DNA of 64,000 nucleotides from Octopus sinensis (Eukaryota): assembly GCF_006345805.1 (NCBI RefSeq), contig NC_043000.1:71114001-71178000 (forward strand), written 5' to 3'. The notes below the pieces were generated by a model that searched no databases, had not been told where the DNA came from, and saw nothing but the letters and a program-made list of their open reading frames with translations. The translations under genes were made by a program, and so were the position numbers. Of the stretch, positions 52,185-64,000 are shown in pieces; within the stretch, counting starts at the first letter, position 1; the number at the start of each line of letters is the position of its first letter.

Positions 52185-53720
52185 GAATTATTAGCATGCT
52201 GGACAAAATGCTTAGCAGCATTTCATTTGTCATTACATTTTGAGTTCAAATTCTGCTGAGGTTGACTTTGCCATTTATCCTTTCAAGATCGATAAAATAA
52301 GAACCAGTTGAGCACTGGGGTTGATGTAATTGACTTACCACCCCCACCCCCGAAATTGTTGGCCTTGTGCCAAAATTTTTAACTAATATCTAATGAAGAT
52401 GTGTTTATTACTTTCATTGTTGAGTTTCTATGGTTAATCTTACTTATATTAGATTCAGTATCTTCATATAGTGAAGGTTCCTGGCTTAGTGATTAGTGTA
52501 TTTGACTCACAATCATGAGTTCAATGCCTGTGGTATGTTCTGTGCTTGAGCAAGACAATTACTTCATGTTGTTTCAGTTCACTCAGCTGGCAAAAATGAA
52601 TAATAACTGTGATTCAGAAGGATCAGCAATGTCACATTCTGAGTCACACTGAATCTACCTGAGAACTACCTTAAGGGTACATGTGTCTGTAGAATGTTCA
52701 GCCAGTTGCATGTTAATTACACAAGCAGGCTGTTCCATTGATTGGATCAACTGGAACCCTCATTGTTGTAACCAACAGAGTGCATACATACAATATCTTC
52801 ATACCCACCCACATTTAACCATTCTATTCTTTCTACTCACCTCAGTATTATTATGGTGCTAATGTTAGAAATTATCATTGTCATTATTATTGAAACAAGG
52901 CTCAGGTTTGGTCTTATTCTTGGTAGGATTTATGTGGGTAGCAGGTTACTACTTAGGTGTCCTCAAGAGGCAAACTTTCTGTAGGAGCTCTACTGGGCAT
53001 TCTATTTCAATCTCCTAAAACCATTTGTTTATATCTTGGATTATTGTTCCCAATGCACCAGTTATTGTAGGCATGATCTTTACTATTCTCATGCTCCAAA
53101 TTCTTCCTGTTTCAAATTTTAAAGGATTGTATTTTCTTTGTTATTCTTCCTCTTTCTTCATGATCCTGGAATCAAACAGGCATGATGGGTCAATAAGTAG
53201 GCAAGTTTGCTTTTCCTTATCTATGATTATAATAGGTGGTGTATTGTTATCTAACTTCTTGTCCATTTAAAGAGGAAAGTCTCACAAAATCTTATATTTC
53301 TCTGCTTAGCAGCATTTTGTTCATCTTTGTGCTCTGAGTTCAAATGACTTTACCTTTCAACCTTTCAGGGTTGATAAAATAAGTACTAGTTGAGTACTGG
53401 GGTTGATGTAACCAACTTACCCCCTCCCCCAAAATTGCTGACCTTGTGCTAAAATTTGAAACTTTTTTTAAGGAACCTTCCTGAATCATATAGACTCATA
53501 GGGTCAGTTTCTTGGTTTCTATGGTACATGTATTCCTCCATGGATGGGACATTGGTCTGTCTCAGGATTACTCATTTTTTGTCAACTGAGTGGACTGGAG
53601 CAACATGAAATGGAAGTGTTTTGCTCAAGAACATAACGTGTTGCTTGGTTCAGGAATTGAAACTACTGTTTTATAATCATGAGTCCAACATCCTAACCAC
53701 TAAGCCATGTGCCTCCTCAT
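52185..53720. mobile_element. Cluster of old SINEs (about 52185-52385, 52470-52790, 53300-53462 on +; 53495-53720 on -)
   Basis: ttgagttcaaattctgctgaggttgactttgcc..gataaaataag..ccttgtgccaaaatt bodies and tRNA-like heads (ggcttagtgattag..gagttcaatgcc). Boundaries approximate. Confidence 0.65.
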
Positions 53721-56700
53721 TATTATTATTAAGGCGACAGAATAACAATTGGTTGGGTGTTATTTTGGAGTATTTAGTTAGGTCCTCTCTTTACATCCTA
53801 ATTAGGTTAAATTTGTCTTTTATCCTTCTAAAATCAATATAGAAAATACCTGTAATATACTAAGTAAATTTACTGTGTCCTACTAAATCTGTCATATTGT
53901 GTTATAAAATCATAAACGATCATTTGTGACAGAAAGAAAGAAAGTTTTTACTCATTTTACAGGTTTTGTAAAATGAAAACTACTACATGTGAGTGTGAAT
54001 GATTGCTGTCATTTTATTCGTATAGGAAGGGTAATAGATAAGAAATGATAAATTAAGACCTGTATGAATCTGAAACAAATAAGGTTGTGTTTTATTTTGT
54101 ATATATCCAGTTTGGTGAGAGAACAAGTTAATATACTTACCTAGAGTCACTAAAAGTTATGACAAGCAGGAAGGTTAGATAAGATATTTAGAGTAGAGAG
54201 ATGTGAAGAGAGAGAAAGAAAAAAAAATTTGTTTGTATAAGAAAGCCAAAACAAACAACAACAAAAATAGTAAAATTAAGTATTTAGTCAAGAGGTAAAT
54301 TGATAAAGAAAAGTCTATATTATATTTAGAAAGAATGCAAGATGCAGTACATATGCAGAATGATGTGCAGTTGTAATATTTATACAAAATGAAAAAAAAG
54401 AAGACAACAAAATATGGAGGTTAAGTGAACAAAAAAGAACTTCAAAAACCAAGAGAATGTGACAGTTTAGGTTGAACTGCATAGAGAAATGAGAGCTTCA
54501 AAATGCCTCTTCTTCCAGAATAAAAGTATCAGTTACAAAGACAATTTAAAATCTAAAAAAGAAAGAGATTTTATGTTAAAACTACAGTGGGATTTTTTAA
54601 ATTTTCGTTCTCCAGTTGATAATTTAATCAAATTTATTTTATTTCCTGTTTGATTCATTGAGAGAAGATGGAAACAATTATGTGTATGAACATAACTATT
54701 CAAGTGCAGAACCATCTATAGAGAATAATACTTTTCAGAGTAGGGTTATTAACAAGGACATGACTTACAACAAAAGTAGTAGAAAAATGAGAAGAAACAG
54801 TGTTTGCTATATTTTCAACAAATTAAAAGTACATTTAGAAACATAACACACTGTTGCAGCTGACAGTTTTATAGGCAATAAAAAAATTGCCCTTAGTAGT
54901 TACAGCATTCCAAAAAGGAAAAGAAAAAAATAATCACATACATAGGACATGTACTAAACTTGTAGCATTTTAAATATCTTAGTAACAGATTTCATTTGAT
55001 AAAAGAAATTACATATATTAGATAATATCTTTTGGATTAATACTCCGAAAATAAAGTGGAACCTGTCATGAAATGCAGTTTGGCTAAAAACAGTTTTTGT
55101 GTTCAGCAGCTTTCATTATGATTAACAATCTTAATTGTGATACATAATTAATTAATCTAAATTAAATTGATTGTATTACAGTTATGCAGTTATACATTTA
55201 AGGATGTTTACCTTAAAGAAACAGCTATTGAGCACAATTAAAATTCAATAACAATCTTCACAGTATTTAATGATTTAAAATTTTGTTACATGCCTAGCAA
55301 TTTCAGGGAAGGAAGTAAGTTTAATTGCATTGAATCCAGTGTTCAACTGGAACTCATTTTATCAACCCTTAATGGATGAGAGGCAAAACCAATCTCAATG
55401 CAATTTGAACTCAAAATGCTGCCAAGCATTTTGCCTGGCATGCTAATGATTCTGCCAATTCACCGCCTTCCTCACAGTATATATTACTTCTGAATTTGAT
55501 AACACAACTTAACACAGTATGTTGTCTACACAAATGCTCACAATACTGTAAAAACTTTTAAAACAAACAAGGACAATACTAAAACAGTTTAGGAAACAGA
55601 AATCAAATTAATTCTGCGATACAGACATCTCCCCCTTCTGCTCCAAACGATATTGCTTACATCTTCAGAAAACATAATACTGTGAATCCTCAAGGAGAAA
55701 AATGTGTCTGTGTGTGTGTGGTGGTGATGATGGGGTATAGGAAGTAGAAAACCAATGAAACAAATACAAGAACATAAAGTAAAAATGTGAATATATAAGA
55801 GAAGTATAGCTGTATTGTGTAACAGCAAAAGTTGTGAAGTCTGTCAAAACTAGTAAATATTAATAACTGCGATGTTTTAAACTATGTGAATTAAATGCAA
55901 TACGTCTGCCTATTATGATTTATTTATGGGTCTTGGAATTGAAATGATTTGTGTATCTTCAAATGTTGTGACGTTCATGTAAGCTAGTGTGCCCAGCTGA
56001 AGGACAAATGTGATTAAAGTATGAGGAAAGAATTTTAACAACAGAAACAATACAAAACATCAAAATGAACTATCACACAGGTGTTTGTGTGTGTGTGTGT
56101 GTGTGCACGCACACATGTATCTGTGTGCAGGTGTGTCTATAACCCTTTTGAATTTAAAGCCTGTTTTTTCTTTTATGTCTTTCTGTTCCCACTGACCTTA
56201 TGCCCTAATTCATTATTTATTTATTCTTTTATTCATGTAAATTAATATAAGAATGGTCAGTTTATCTTTCATTTGAAAACAGCTCTATCTTAGTACCTAT
56301 ATCTTCCTTTGAAGCCAGTCTCTTTGATCAACCTATTTTATTTTATGTTTTTATGATTCTTTGAATTTAGAATTAAAAAAGAAATTGTTTGATTCCATTG
56401 AATTTATTTACTACTACTTTCTCTGAATTTGTTTTGATCTATGGTCATTACTTTCTTAAAGTAATTCATAGATAGTGACCTGCTGAGTATATCTGTTGCC
56501 TGTGAATATATATTAAGTCAGCTTGCTCTCTGTAGCAGAGTTGATGTTTGGACTACCATGAATCATTCTGAAGATTAGTCTGTTAGTTTACCTCATAACA
56601 CACTTGTATGTATGGGTGTACACAAGCATATATGTATATTTTATAAACATGTAAATGTTAATGCAATATCCATTATATGACCTACGAGATTATGAAACAG

Positions 56701-56775
56701 CTGTGAACAAATGGAATAAACATCTATTCCTTCTTATTTCTCTTAGCTATTCTCTCTCTTTCTCTCCCCTATATA

Positions 56776-56935
56776 GGCATGGCTGTGTGGTAAGAAGTTT
56801 GGTTTCCAACCACATAGTTCTTGGTTCAATCCTGCTATGTGGTACCTTGAGCAAGTGTCTTCTACTATAGCTTCAGGCTAACCAATGCTTTGTGAGTGGA
56901 TTTGGTAGACAGAAACTGAAAGAAGTCCATTGAGT
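56776..56935 (+). mobile_element. tRNA-SINE 5' half
   Basis: ggcatggctgtgtggtaagaag...ggttcaatcctg...accttgagcaagtgtcttctactatagc. Confidence 0.8.
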
Positions 56936-56962
56936 ATATATATATATATATATATATATGCA

Positions 56963-57000
<38 letters not shown>

Positions 57001-57118
57001 ACAATTTAGGAATGGCCTTAATAGGCCAATTGTCCACTAGAAAGAGCAGCCATAACTCAAACCGCTAAGTAGTAATTCAGAAATTAGGTGAAAATTTTAA
57101 AACGTTTACCCTAATTCA

Positions 57119-57217
57119 TCTTTATACGATGCATCGTTTCGGTGTTTTTAATGGTAAACTAGCTTAATTAAATTAAATTAAGTCAATCTACCATGGGTTA
57201 CACTTCATCAGTAAAGA
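57119..57217 (-). ncRNA. Type I hammerhead ribozyme
   Basis: Stem I UCUUUA/UAAAGA; core CUGAUGA (57211-57205); long stem II; GAAA (57140-57137); palindromic stem III ACGAUGCAUCGU; GUA cleavage triplet, predicted cut between 57125 and 57124. The only non-canonical feature is A-C at the 10.1/11.1 pair. Confidence 0.75.
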
Positions 57218-57272
57218 AACCGGGAGAGACAAATATACACGAGGCGTCTGTATCAATGCCTTCGGAATCATC

Positions 57273-57508
57273 ATCATCATCATCGTTTAACGTCCGTTCT
57301 CCATGCTAGCATGGGTTGGACGGTTCGACCGGGGATCTGGGAAGCCAGAAGGCTGCACCAGGCTCCAGTCTAATCTGGCAATGTTTCTACAGCTGGATGC
57401 CCTTCCTAACGCCAACCACTCCGTGAGTGTAGTGGGTGCTTTTTACGTGCCACCTGCACAGATTGCCAGGCGAGGCTGGCAACGGCCACGGTCGGATTGG
57501 TGTATTTT
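57273..57508 (-). mobile_element. Young RTE 3' tail insertion
   Basis: Near-identical to 58141-58380; flanked by ATCATC (57267-57272, 57509-57514), a probable TSD confounded with the tail. Confidence 0.85.
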
Positions 57509-57608
57509 ATCATCTGTCTTAAAATTTTCAAGACCATCGTATTCGCGCCAACTTATCAGCACTAAATATAAACTGCCGATTCAATCTCAGAATTAGTCAG
57601 AAAATTAT

Positions 57609-57610
<2 letters not shown>

Positions 57611-57649
<39 letters not shown>

Positions 57650-58140
57650 CATATATATATGTATATACATATATATATATATGTATATATATATGTATAT
57701 ACATATATATATGTTTATACATATATATATGTATATACATATATATATATGTATATATATATGTATATACATATATATATTTTATACATATATATATGTA
57801 TATACATATATATATGTAATATATGTATGTATATATATGTGTGTATATATATGTGTATATATATATATATATTATATATATAATATATATATGTATATAT
57901 ATGTATACGTATATATGTATATATATGTATACGTATATGTATATATATATATGTATACGTATATGTATATATATATATATATGTATATATGTATATATAT
58001 GTATATATACGTATATATATATATATATATATAGATATGTATATATATATATATGTATATATATATTCGTATGTGTATATATATATGTATATATATATAC
58101 GTATATATATATGTATATATATGTATATATATATATATAT
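57611..58140. repeat. (TA)n-based compound microsatellite
   Basis: Direct inspection. Confidence 0.95.
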
Positions 58141-59734
58141 ATCATCATCATCATCATCGTCGTTTAACGTCCGTTCTCCATGCTAGCATGGGTTGGACGG
58201 TTCGACCGGGGTTCTGGGAAGCCAGAAGGCTGCACCAGGCTCCAGTCTAATTTGGCAATGTTTCTACAGCTGGATGCCCTTCCTAACGCCAACCACTCCG
58301 TGAGTGTAGTGGGTGCTTTTTACGTGCCACCTGCACAGGTGCCAGGCGGGGCTGGCAACGGCCACGGTCAGATTGGTGCACTTTATGTGCCACCGGCACG
58401 GAAGCCAGTCGAGGCGGTGCTGGCATCGGCCACGAGTCGGATAGTGCTTTTTACGTACCACCAGACCAGGGATCCTGGCTGGTTCAATTCGATTTCGATT
58501 TCGCTTGCCCCAACATGTCTTCACAAGCAAAGGGGGTTGGCAAGGGTGCCTGTCGTACAGTCGCATTGGAGTATTTTACGTGCCACGGCCACGAGTCGGA
58601 TAGTGCTTTACGTACCACCAGACCAGGGATCCTGGCTGGTTCAATTCGATTTCGATTTCCCCAACATGTCTTCACAAGCAAAGGGGGTTGGCATGGGTGC
58701 CTGTCGTACGGTCGCATTGGAGTATTTTACGTGCCACGGCCCCGAGTCGGATAGTGCTTTTTACGTACCACCAGGCCAGGGATCCTGGCTGGTTCAATTC
58801 GGTTTCGATTTCGATTTCGATTTCGCTTGCCCCAACATGTCTTCGCAAGCATGGGGGGTTGGGATGGGTGTCTGTCGTCGGATGAGGTTCTATATCGACT
58901 TCGCTTGCCTCAACCGGTCTTTGTGTCCAAGGGAGGAAAGGCATTCATAAGTGGGCTGGGCTCACTTGTCCTGCCTGGTCTTCTCACGTACAGAATATTC
59001 CAAAGGTCTCGGTCTCTGGTCATTTCCTCAGTGAGGCCTAAAGTTCGAAGGTCGTGCTTCACCACCTCGTCCAGGTTTTCCTGGGTCTACCTCTTCCACG
59101 GGTTCCCTCAACTGCTAGGGATTGGCACTTTCTCCACACCCTATCTTCATCCATTCTCGCCACATGACCATACCAGCGCAATCGTCTCTCTTGCACACCA
59201 CAACTGATGCTTCTTAGGTACAACATTTCTCTCAAGGTGCTAACGCTCTGTCGAGTATGTACACTGACATTACACATCCATCGGAGCATACTGGCTTCAT
59301 TCCTCACGAGCTTACGCATGTCCTCAGCAGTCACAGCCCATGTTTCGCTGCCATGTAGCATGGCTGTTCGTACACACGCATCATACAGTCTGCCTTTTAC
59401 TCTGAGCGAGAGGCCTTTAGTCACCAGCAGAGGTAAGAGCTCCCTAAACTTGTGCCTAGGCTATTTATTCTAGCAGTTACACTTTCAGCGCACCCACCCC
59501 CACTACTGACTTGGTCACCTAGATAACGGAAGCTATCAACTACTTCTAGTTTTTCCCCCTGGAAAGTGACGGAAGTTGTTTTCTGCAGATTTTCGGAGGT
59601 TAATGATCTCGAGCATCTGCCACATACAAAAACTATCTTCCCAGTTAGCCTACTTTGACATTGCTGCACCTCTTATGTGTCCATAGCTTACACTGGGTAC
59701 ATCTTATAGAGTTTCTACCTACACCTTTTCTACA
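58141..59734 (-). mobile_element. 5'-truncated young RTE LINE with a triplicated 3' UTR module
   Basis: ORF2 C-terminal ORFs 59421-59669 and 59059-59424; (CAT)n at 58141. Confidence 0.95.
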
Positions 59735-59740
59735 ACGTTT

Positions 59741-59785
<45 letters not shown>

Positions 59786-60019
59786 AAGGAGCTTCTACAG
59801 GACTAGAACTGTTTCATTCAAAAGAAATCATCAGGAAGCTAGGTGACAAGAGTAGTTTTGGCATTTATACATTTAGGCAGGTTTAAAGGGGTGGTGGTGG
59901 GGACTTTTTGGGGTAGGCATGGCGCAAACTATCATTCTTAGGAGAGTGGTCAAAGTGGTAACATAGGTAAAAGAATAAATAGAAAAATTGAGTTTTAGGT
60001 AAATAAGGAGACTCTCACT

Positions 60020-60020
60020 T

Positions 60021-60071
<51 letters not shown>

Positions 60072-60871
60072 TATACATACATACATACATGTACATATAC
60101 ACATACACACACACACAATACACATATGTATATATATACATACATATACACACATATACATACATACACATATACATATATATATACATACATATACATA
60201 CAATACACACATACATCCATATACACATGTAATATGACACCCATATACATGTATCTACGTTACATACCCATACTCATACATACACATATATATGTCTACA
60301 CACATATATAAAGGGGATATACACCCCCATACCACACGCTCAACATATCTATATATATATATATACATATATACACACATACACATACACACACCTATAT
60401 ATATATATAGATATATATATATATATACATACATACATATACATATATATATATATATATATATACATACATACTATACATATATATACACACACATATA
60501 TATATACACACACACACATACATACACATACATATGCATATACATGCACACACATACACACACATTTCTTCCCTTATTGCATGCACAACACTCCCCAAAT
60601 TGCATGCACAAAATTTATGCAAACTACAAAAACTACAGACCCACCCGGCAACCCGATTGACGACACCCCACCCACACCGTTCCCTCAGCACCCCCAATTA
60701 CCTTTTCTCCTAAGACTATTAACATATTGTATGTGTACACTTGTATATATGTATTGTATATATGTATAGAAATGTATGGGTGTTAGTAGGAATATACGTA
60801 TGTATGTGAGTGCGTGTATTTACGTGCGTGTATATGTATGTGTGTGTATGTATGTGTATATGTATGTATGT

Positions 60872-60909
<38 letters not shown>

Positions 60910-60919
60910 TATATATATT
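60020..60919. repeat. Compound (TA)/(CA)/(TG) microsatellite spacer
   Basis: CA-type on the left, TG-type on the right. Confidence 0.9.
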
Positions 60920-62554
60920 CTGTGCAAGCCATGTACAGAGATGCCGTAAGTAAGGTTAGGGTTAGCAACATGTACACAGAAGAATTCAAAGTAGAGGTTG
61001 GGGTCCACCAGGGTTCAGTACTCAGCCCCCTCCTATTTATCATAGTCCTCCAGGCAATTACGGAGGAATTCAAGACAGGTTGTCCCTGGGAGCTCCTCTA
61101 CGCTGACGACCTTGCTCTTATTGCTGAGTCACTATCAGAGCTGGAGGAGAAGTTCCAGGTGTGGAAGGAGGGTTTAGAATCGAGGGGCCTTAGAGTCAAC
61201 CTAGCTAAAACCAAAGTACTAATAAGTAGGAAGGTAGACAATCCACAAATGTCTTCCGGAAGATGGCCTGCTCGATCTGTAGTAGAAAAGGTGTAGGTAG
61301 AAACTCTATAAGATGTACCCAGTGTAAGCTATGGACACATAAGAGGTGCAGCAATGTCAAAGGTAGGCTAACTGGGAAGATAGTTTTTGTATGTGGCAGA
61401 TGCTCAGGAGCATTAACCTCCGAAAATCTGCAGAAAATAACTTCAGTCACTTTCCAAGGGGAAAAACTAGAAGTAGTTGATAGCTTCCGTTATCTAGGTG
61501 ACCAAGTCAGTAGTGGGGGTGGGTGCGCTGAAAGTGTAACTGCTAGAATAAGAATAGCCTGGGCAAAGTTTAGGGAGCTCTTACCTCTGCAGGTGACTAA
61601 AGGCCTCTCGCTCAGAGTAAAAGGCAGACTGTATGATGCGTGTGTACGAACAGCCATGCTACATGGCAGTGAAACATGGGCCGTGACTGTTGAGGACATG
61701 CGTAAGCTCGTGAGGAATGAAGCCAGTATGCTCCGATGGATGTGTAATGTCAGTGTACATACTCGACAGAGCGTTAGCACCTTGAGAGAAATGTTGTACC
61801 TAAGAGGCATCAGTTGTGGTGTGCAGGAGAGACGATTGCGCTGGTATGGTCATGTGGCGAGAATGGATGAAGATAGGTGTGTGAGAAAGTGCCAATCCTT
61901 AGCAGTTGAGGGAACCCGTGGAAGAGGTAGACCCAGGAAAACCTGGGACGAGGTGGTGAAGCACGACCTTCGAACTCTAGGCCTCACTGAGGAAATGACC
62001 AGCGACCGAGACCTTTGGAAATATTCTGTACGTGAGAAGACCAGGCAGGACAAGTGAGCCCAGCCCACTTATGAATGCCTTTCCTCCCTTGGACACAAAG
62101 ACCTGTTGAGGCAAGCGAAGTCGATATAGAACCTCATCCGACGACAGGCACCCATGCCAACCCCCTTTGCTTGCGAAGACATGTTGGGGCAAGCGAAATC
62201 GAAATCGAATTGAACCAGCCAGGATCCCTGGTCTGGTGGTACGTAAAAAGCACCATCCGACTCGTGGCCGATGCCAGCACCGCCTCGTCTGGCTTCCGTG
62301 CCGGTGGCACATAAAATACACAAATCCGACTGTGGCCGTTGCCAGCCTCGCCTGGCACCTGTGCAGGTGGCACGTAAAAAGCACCCACTACACTCACGGA
62401 GTGGTTGGCGTTAGGAAGGGCATCCAGCTGTAGAAACACTGCCAGATAAGACTGGAGCCTGGTGCAGCCTTCTGGCTTCCCAGATCCCCGGTCGAACCGT
62501 CCAACCCATGCTAGCATGGAGAACGGACGTTACACGATGATGATGATGATGATG
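60920..62554 (+). mobile_element. 5'-truncated young RTE LINE
   Basis: ORFs 60922-61296 (GVHQGS, LYADDL) and 61263-62057 (PHD-like finger, RYLG, GRPRKTW); (GAT)n tail ends at 62554. Confidence 0.95.
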
Positions 62555-63179
62555 TACGCTTGTGTGTTTATGTATATGTAGGTATGTAGAGTTATGTGTA
62601 TGTTTATATGTATGTATCCGTCTGTATAATGGGTAACTGCATGTATATATATTTATTATTTATTATTTATTATTTGAGTATGCATGTATGTATATATGTA
62701 TATGTTTGTATGCATGTATGTATTTATGTATATATGGATGCGCACGTGTGTGTGTATGTGTATGCATATGTATAAACATATGTATACATTTATGCATGTA
62801 TGTACTTATTGTATATATAGATGCGCGTGTGTGTGTGTATGTGTATGCATGTGTGTATGTATATGTATGTGTATATATGTATATATATACATGTGTGTAT
62901 ATATGTGTATGTGTATGTATGGGTATATATGTGTATATGCATGTATGTATGTGTATGTGTGTACATGTATGGACTTGTTGGGTTTCTTTTTTATATATGT
63001 AGATAGATGTGTGTGCGTGTGTATTAGTATGTGCATGTGTATATATATGTGTATGTATATGTATAGATATATGGATGTATGGGTATGTAGGTATGTATAT
63101 GACTGGTGTAAGTATATATGTGTGTATGTATATGTAGGTATACGCGTATGTGTATGTAGGTAATATATATATATATATG

Positions 63180-63212
<33 letters not shown>

Positions 63213-63215
63213 ATC
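62555..63215. repeat. (TG)/(TA) compound microsatellite
   Basis: Direct inspection. Confidence 0.9.
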
Positions 63216-63600
63216 AACACTTACCATCCTCTACATTGGATTTTCTTTATCTCTTGGATACTTAAATTGGCTGCCACCTCTCTTTTACGGATCAAAGTGA
63301 CTTTGTTATTGATGTGAATCCTTAAAAAATATACCAAACGTCTACACATTTCTAACCTTGAACTTGTTCGCATAAACTGTCCCGTTGTTTGTATTTTTTA
63401 TTCTCTCATATATTACCACTTTTTTTACATTCATTCATGCTTTCCACAGTTTCCTGCATTTTTGTTCGCCTTCGTCTTTCTTCCCTCTCTGGATGTCCAT
63501 ACTCTGTTTCCTCTGCCTGCACCCCCTTTTTTTTGCCTCCCCCTCTCTCTGCTTCCCTTCTTTCTTTTCCGCCTTTATTTTCTGCCCCTATCGCTTTCCT

Positions 63601-63895
63601 ATCTAGTTTTTCATACGATTATTTTTTTTGTTTTTTTTCGAACGTTTGTTTTTCCCCTTTTTTTCGCTATCCTTTTTTATCTAGTTTTTTCATACGATTA
63701 TTTTTTTGTTTTTTTTCGAACGTTTGTTTTTCCCCTTTTTTTCGCTATCCTTTTTTATCTAGTTTTTTCATACGATTATTTTTTTGTTTTTTTTCGAACG
63801 TTTGTTTTTCCCCTTTTTTTTCGCTATCCTTTTTTATCTATTTTTTTCATACGATAATTTTTGTTTTTCGAACGTTTGTTTTTTTTCCGCTATCC
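63601..63895. repeat. 78-bp T-rich tandem repeat (about 3.8 units)
   Basis: atcta(g/t)tttttcatacga starts at 63601, 63679, 63757 and 63836. Confidence 0.9.
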
Positions 63896-64000
63896 CATCA
63901 TGCCGGATCAAGTCCTACCTCCTCACCATCCAGGATCGTTTGAAGGATCATCTCCGTCCTCTCTCCGTAAACTGCCTTCAGCCGTCCGTTAATCTCTCTC

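Noticed and set aside
54658-54846. ORF MREDGNNYVYEHNYSS...
   Set aside because: 62 aa with a non-ATG start, no domain match that I recognise and no supporting splice structure.
58180-62517. 100-260 aa ORFs such as [14 protein letters not shown]... and the antisense ORFs over RTE ORF2 (also 8108-8820 and 492-971)
   Set aside because: They are alternative frames or the antisense strand of GC-richer RTE sequence and recur wherever the repeat recurs.

Overview
AT-rich, repeat-saturated animal genomic DNA. The RTE, SINE and microsatellite complement points to an Octopus (coleoid cephalopod) genome; this is inferred, not proven. The window has one 100-N scaffold gap (11265-11364). The only securely recognisable host gene is the 5' part of a + strand BTB-BACK-Kelch (KLHL-type) gene with three coding exons (3273-5721); I could not find its remaining kelch exons. 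Most of the rest is mobile DNA: many RTE-clade LINE copies whose ORF2 carries a PHD-like finger inside the RT region, four CR1/L2-group LINE fragments of two types, tRNA-derived SINEs, an internally deleted gag-only Gypsy LTR element with both LTRs, TSD and PPT, a decayed piggyBac and its MITE, a non-autonomous Helitron, mariner remnants, and large (TA)-based micro/minisatellites. The most notable signals are (i) a near-canonical type I hammerhead ribozyme on the minus strand (57119-57217) plus a minimal variant (1174-1211); (ii) an LTR element with no tRNA primer-binding site, where the sequence right after the 5' LTR is a perfect 16-nt complement of a segment inside its own LTR (possible Tf1-like self-priming); (iii) the PHD finger in the RTE reverse transcriptase; (iv) a highly structured CpG-rich island at 47.8 kb; and (v) a head-to-head inverted pair of near-identical RTE copies (58.1-62.6 kb). 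There is no CRISPR, rRNA or true tRNA gene. All alignments, counts and folds were done by eye.
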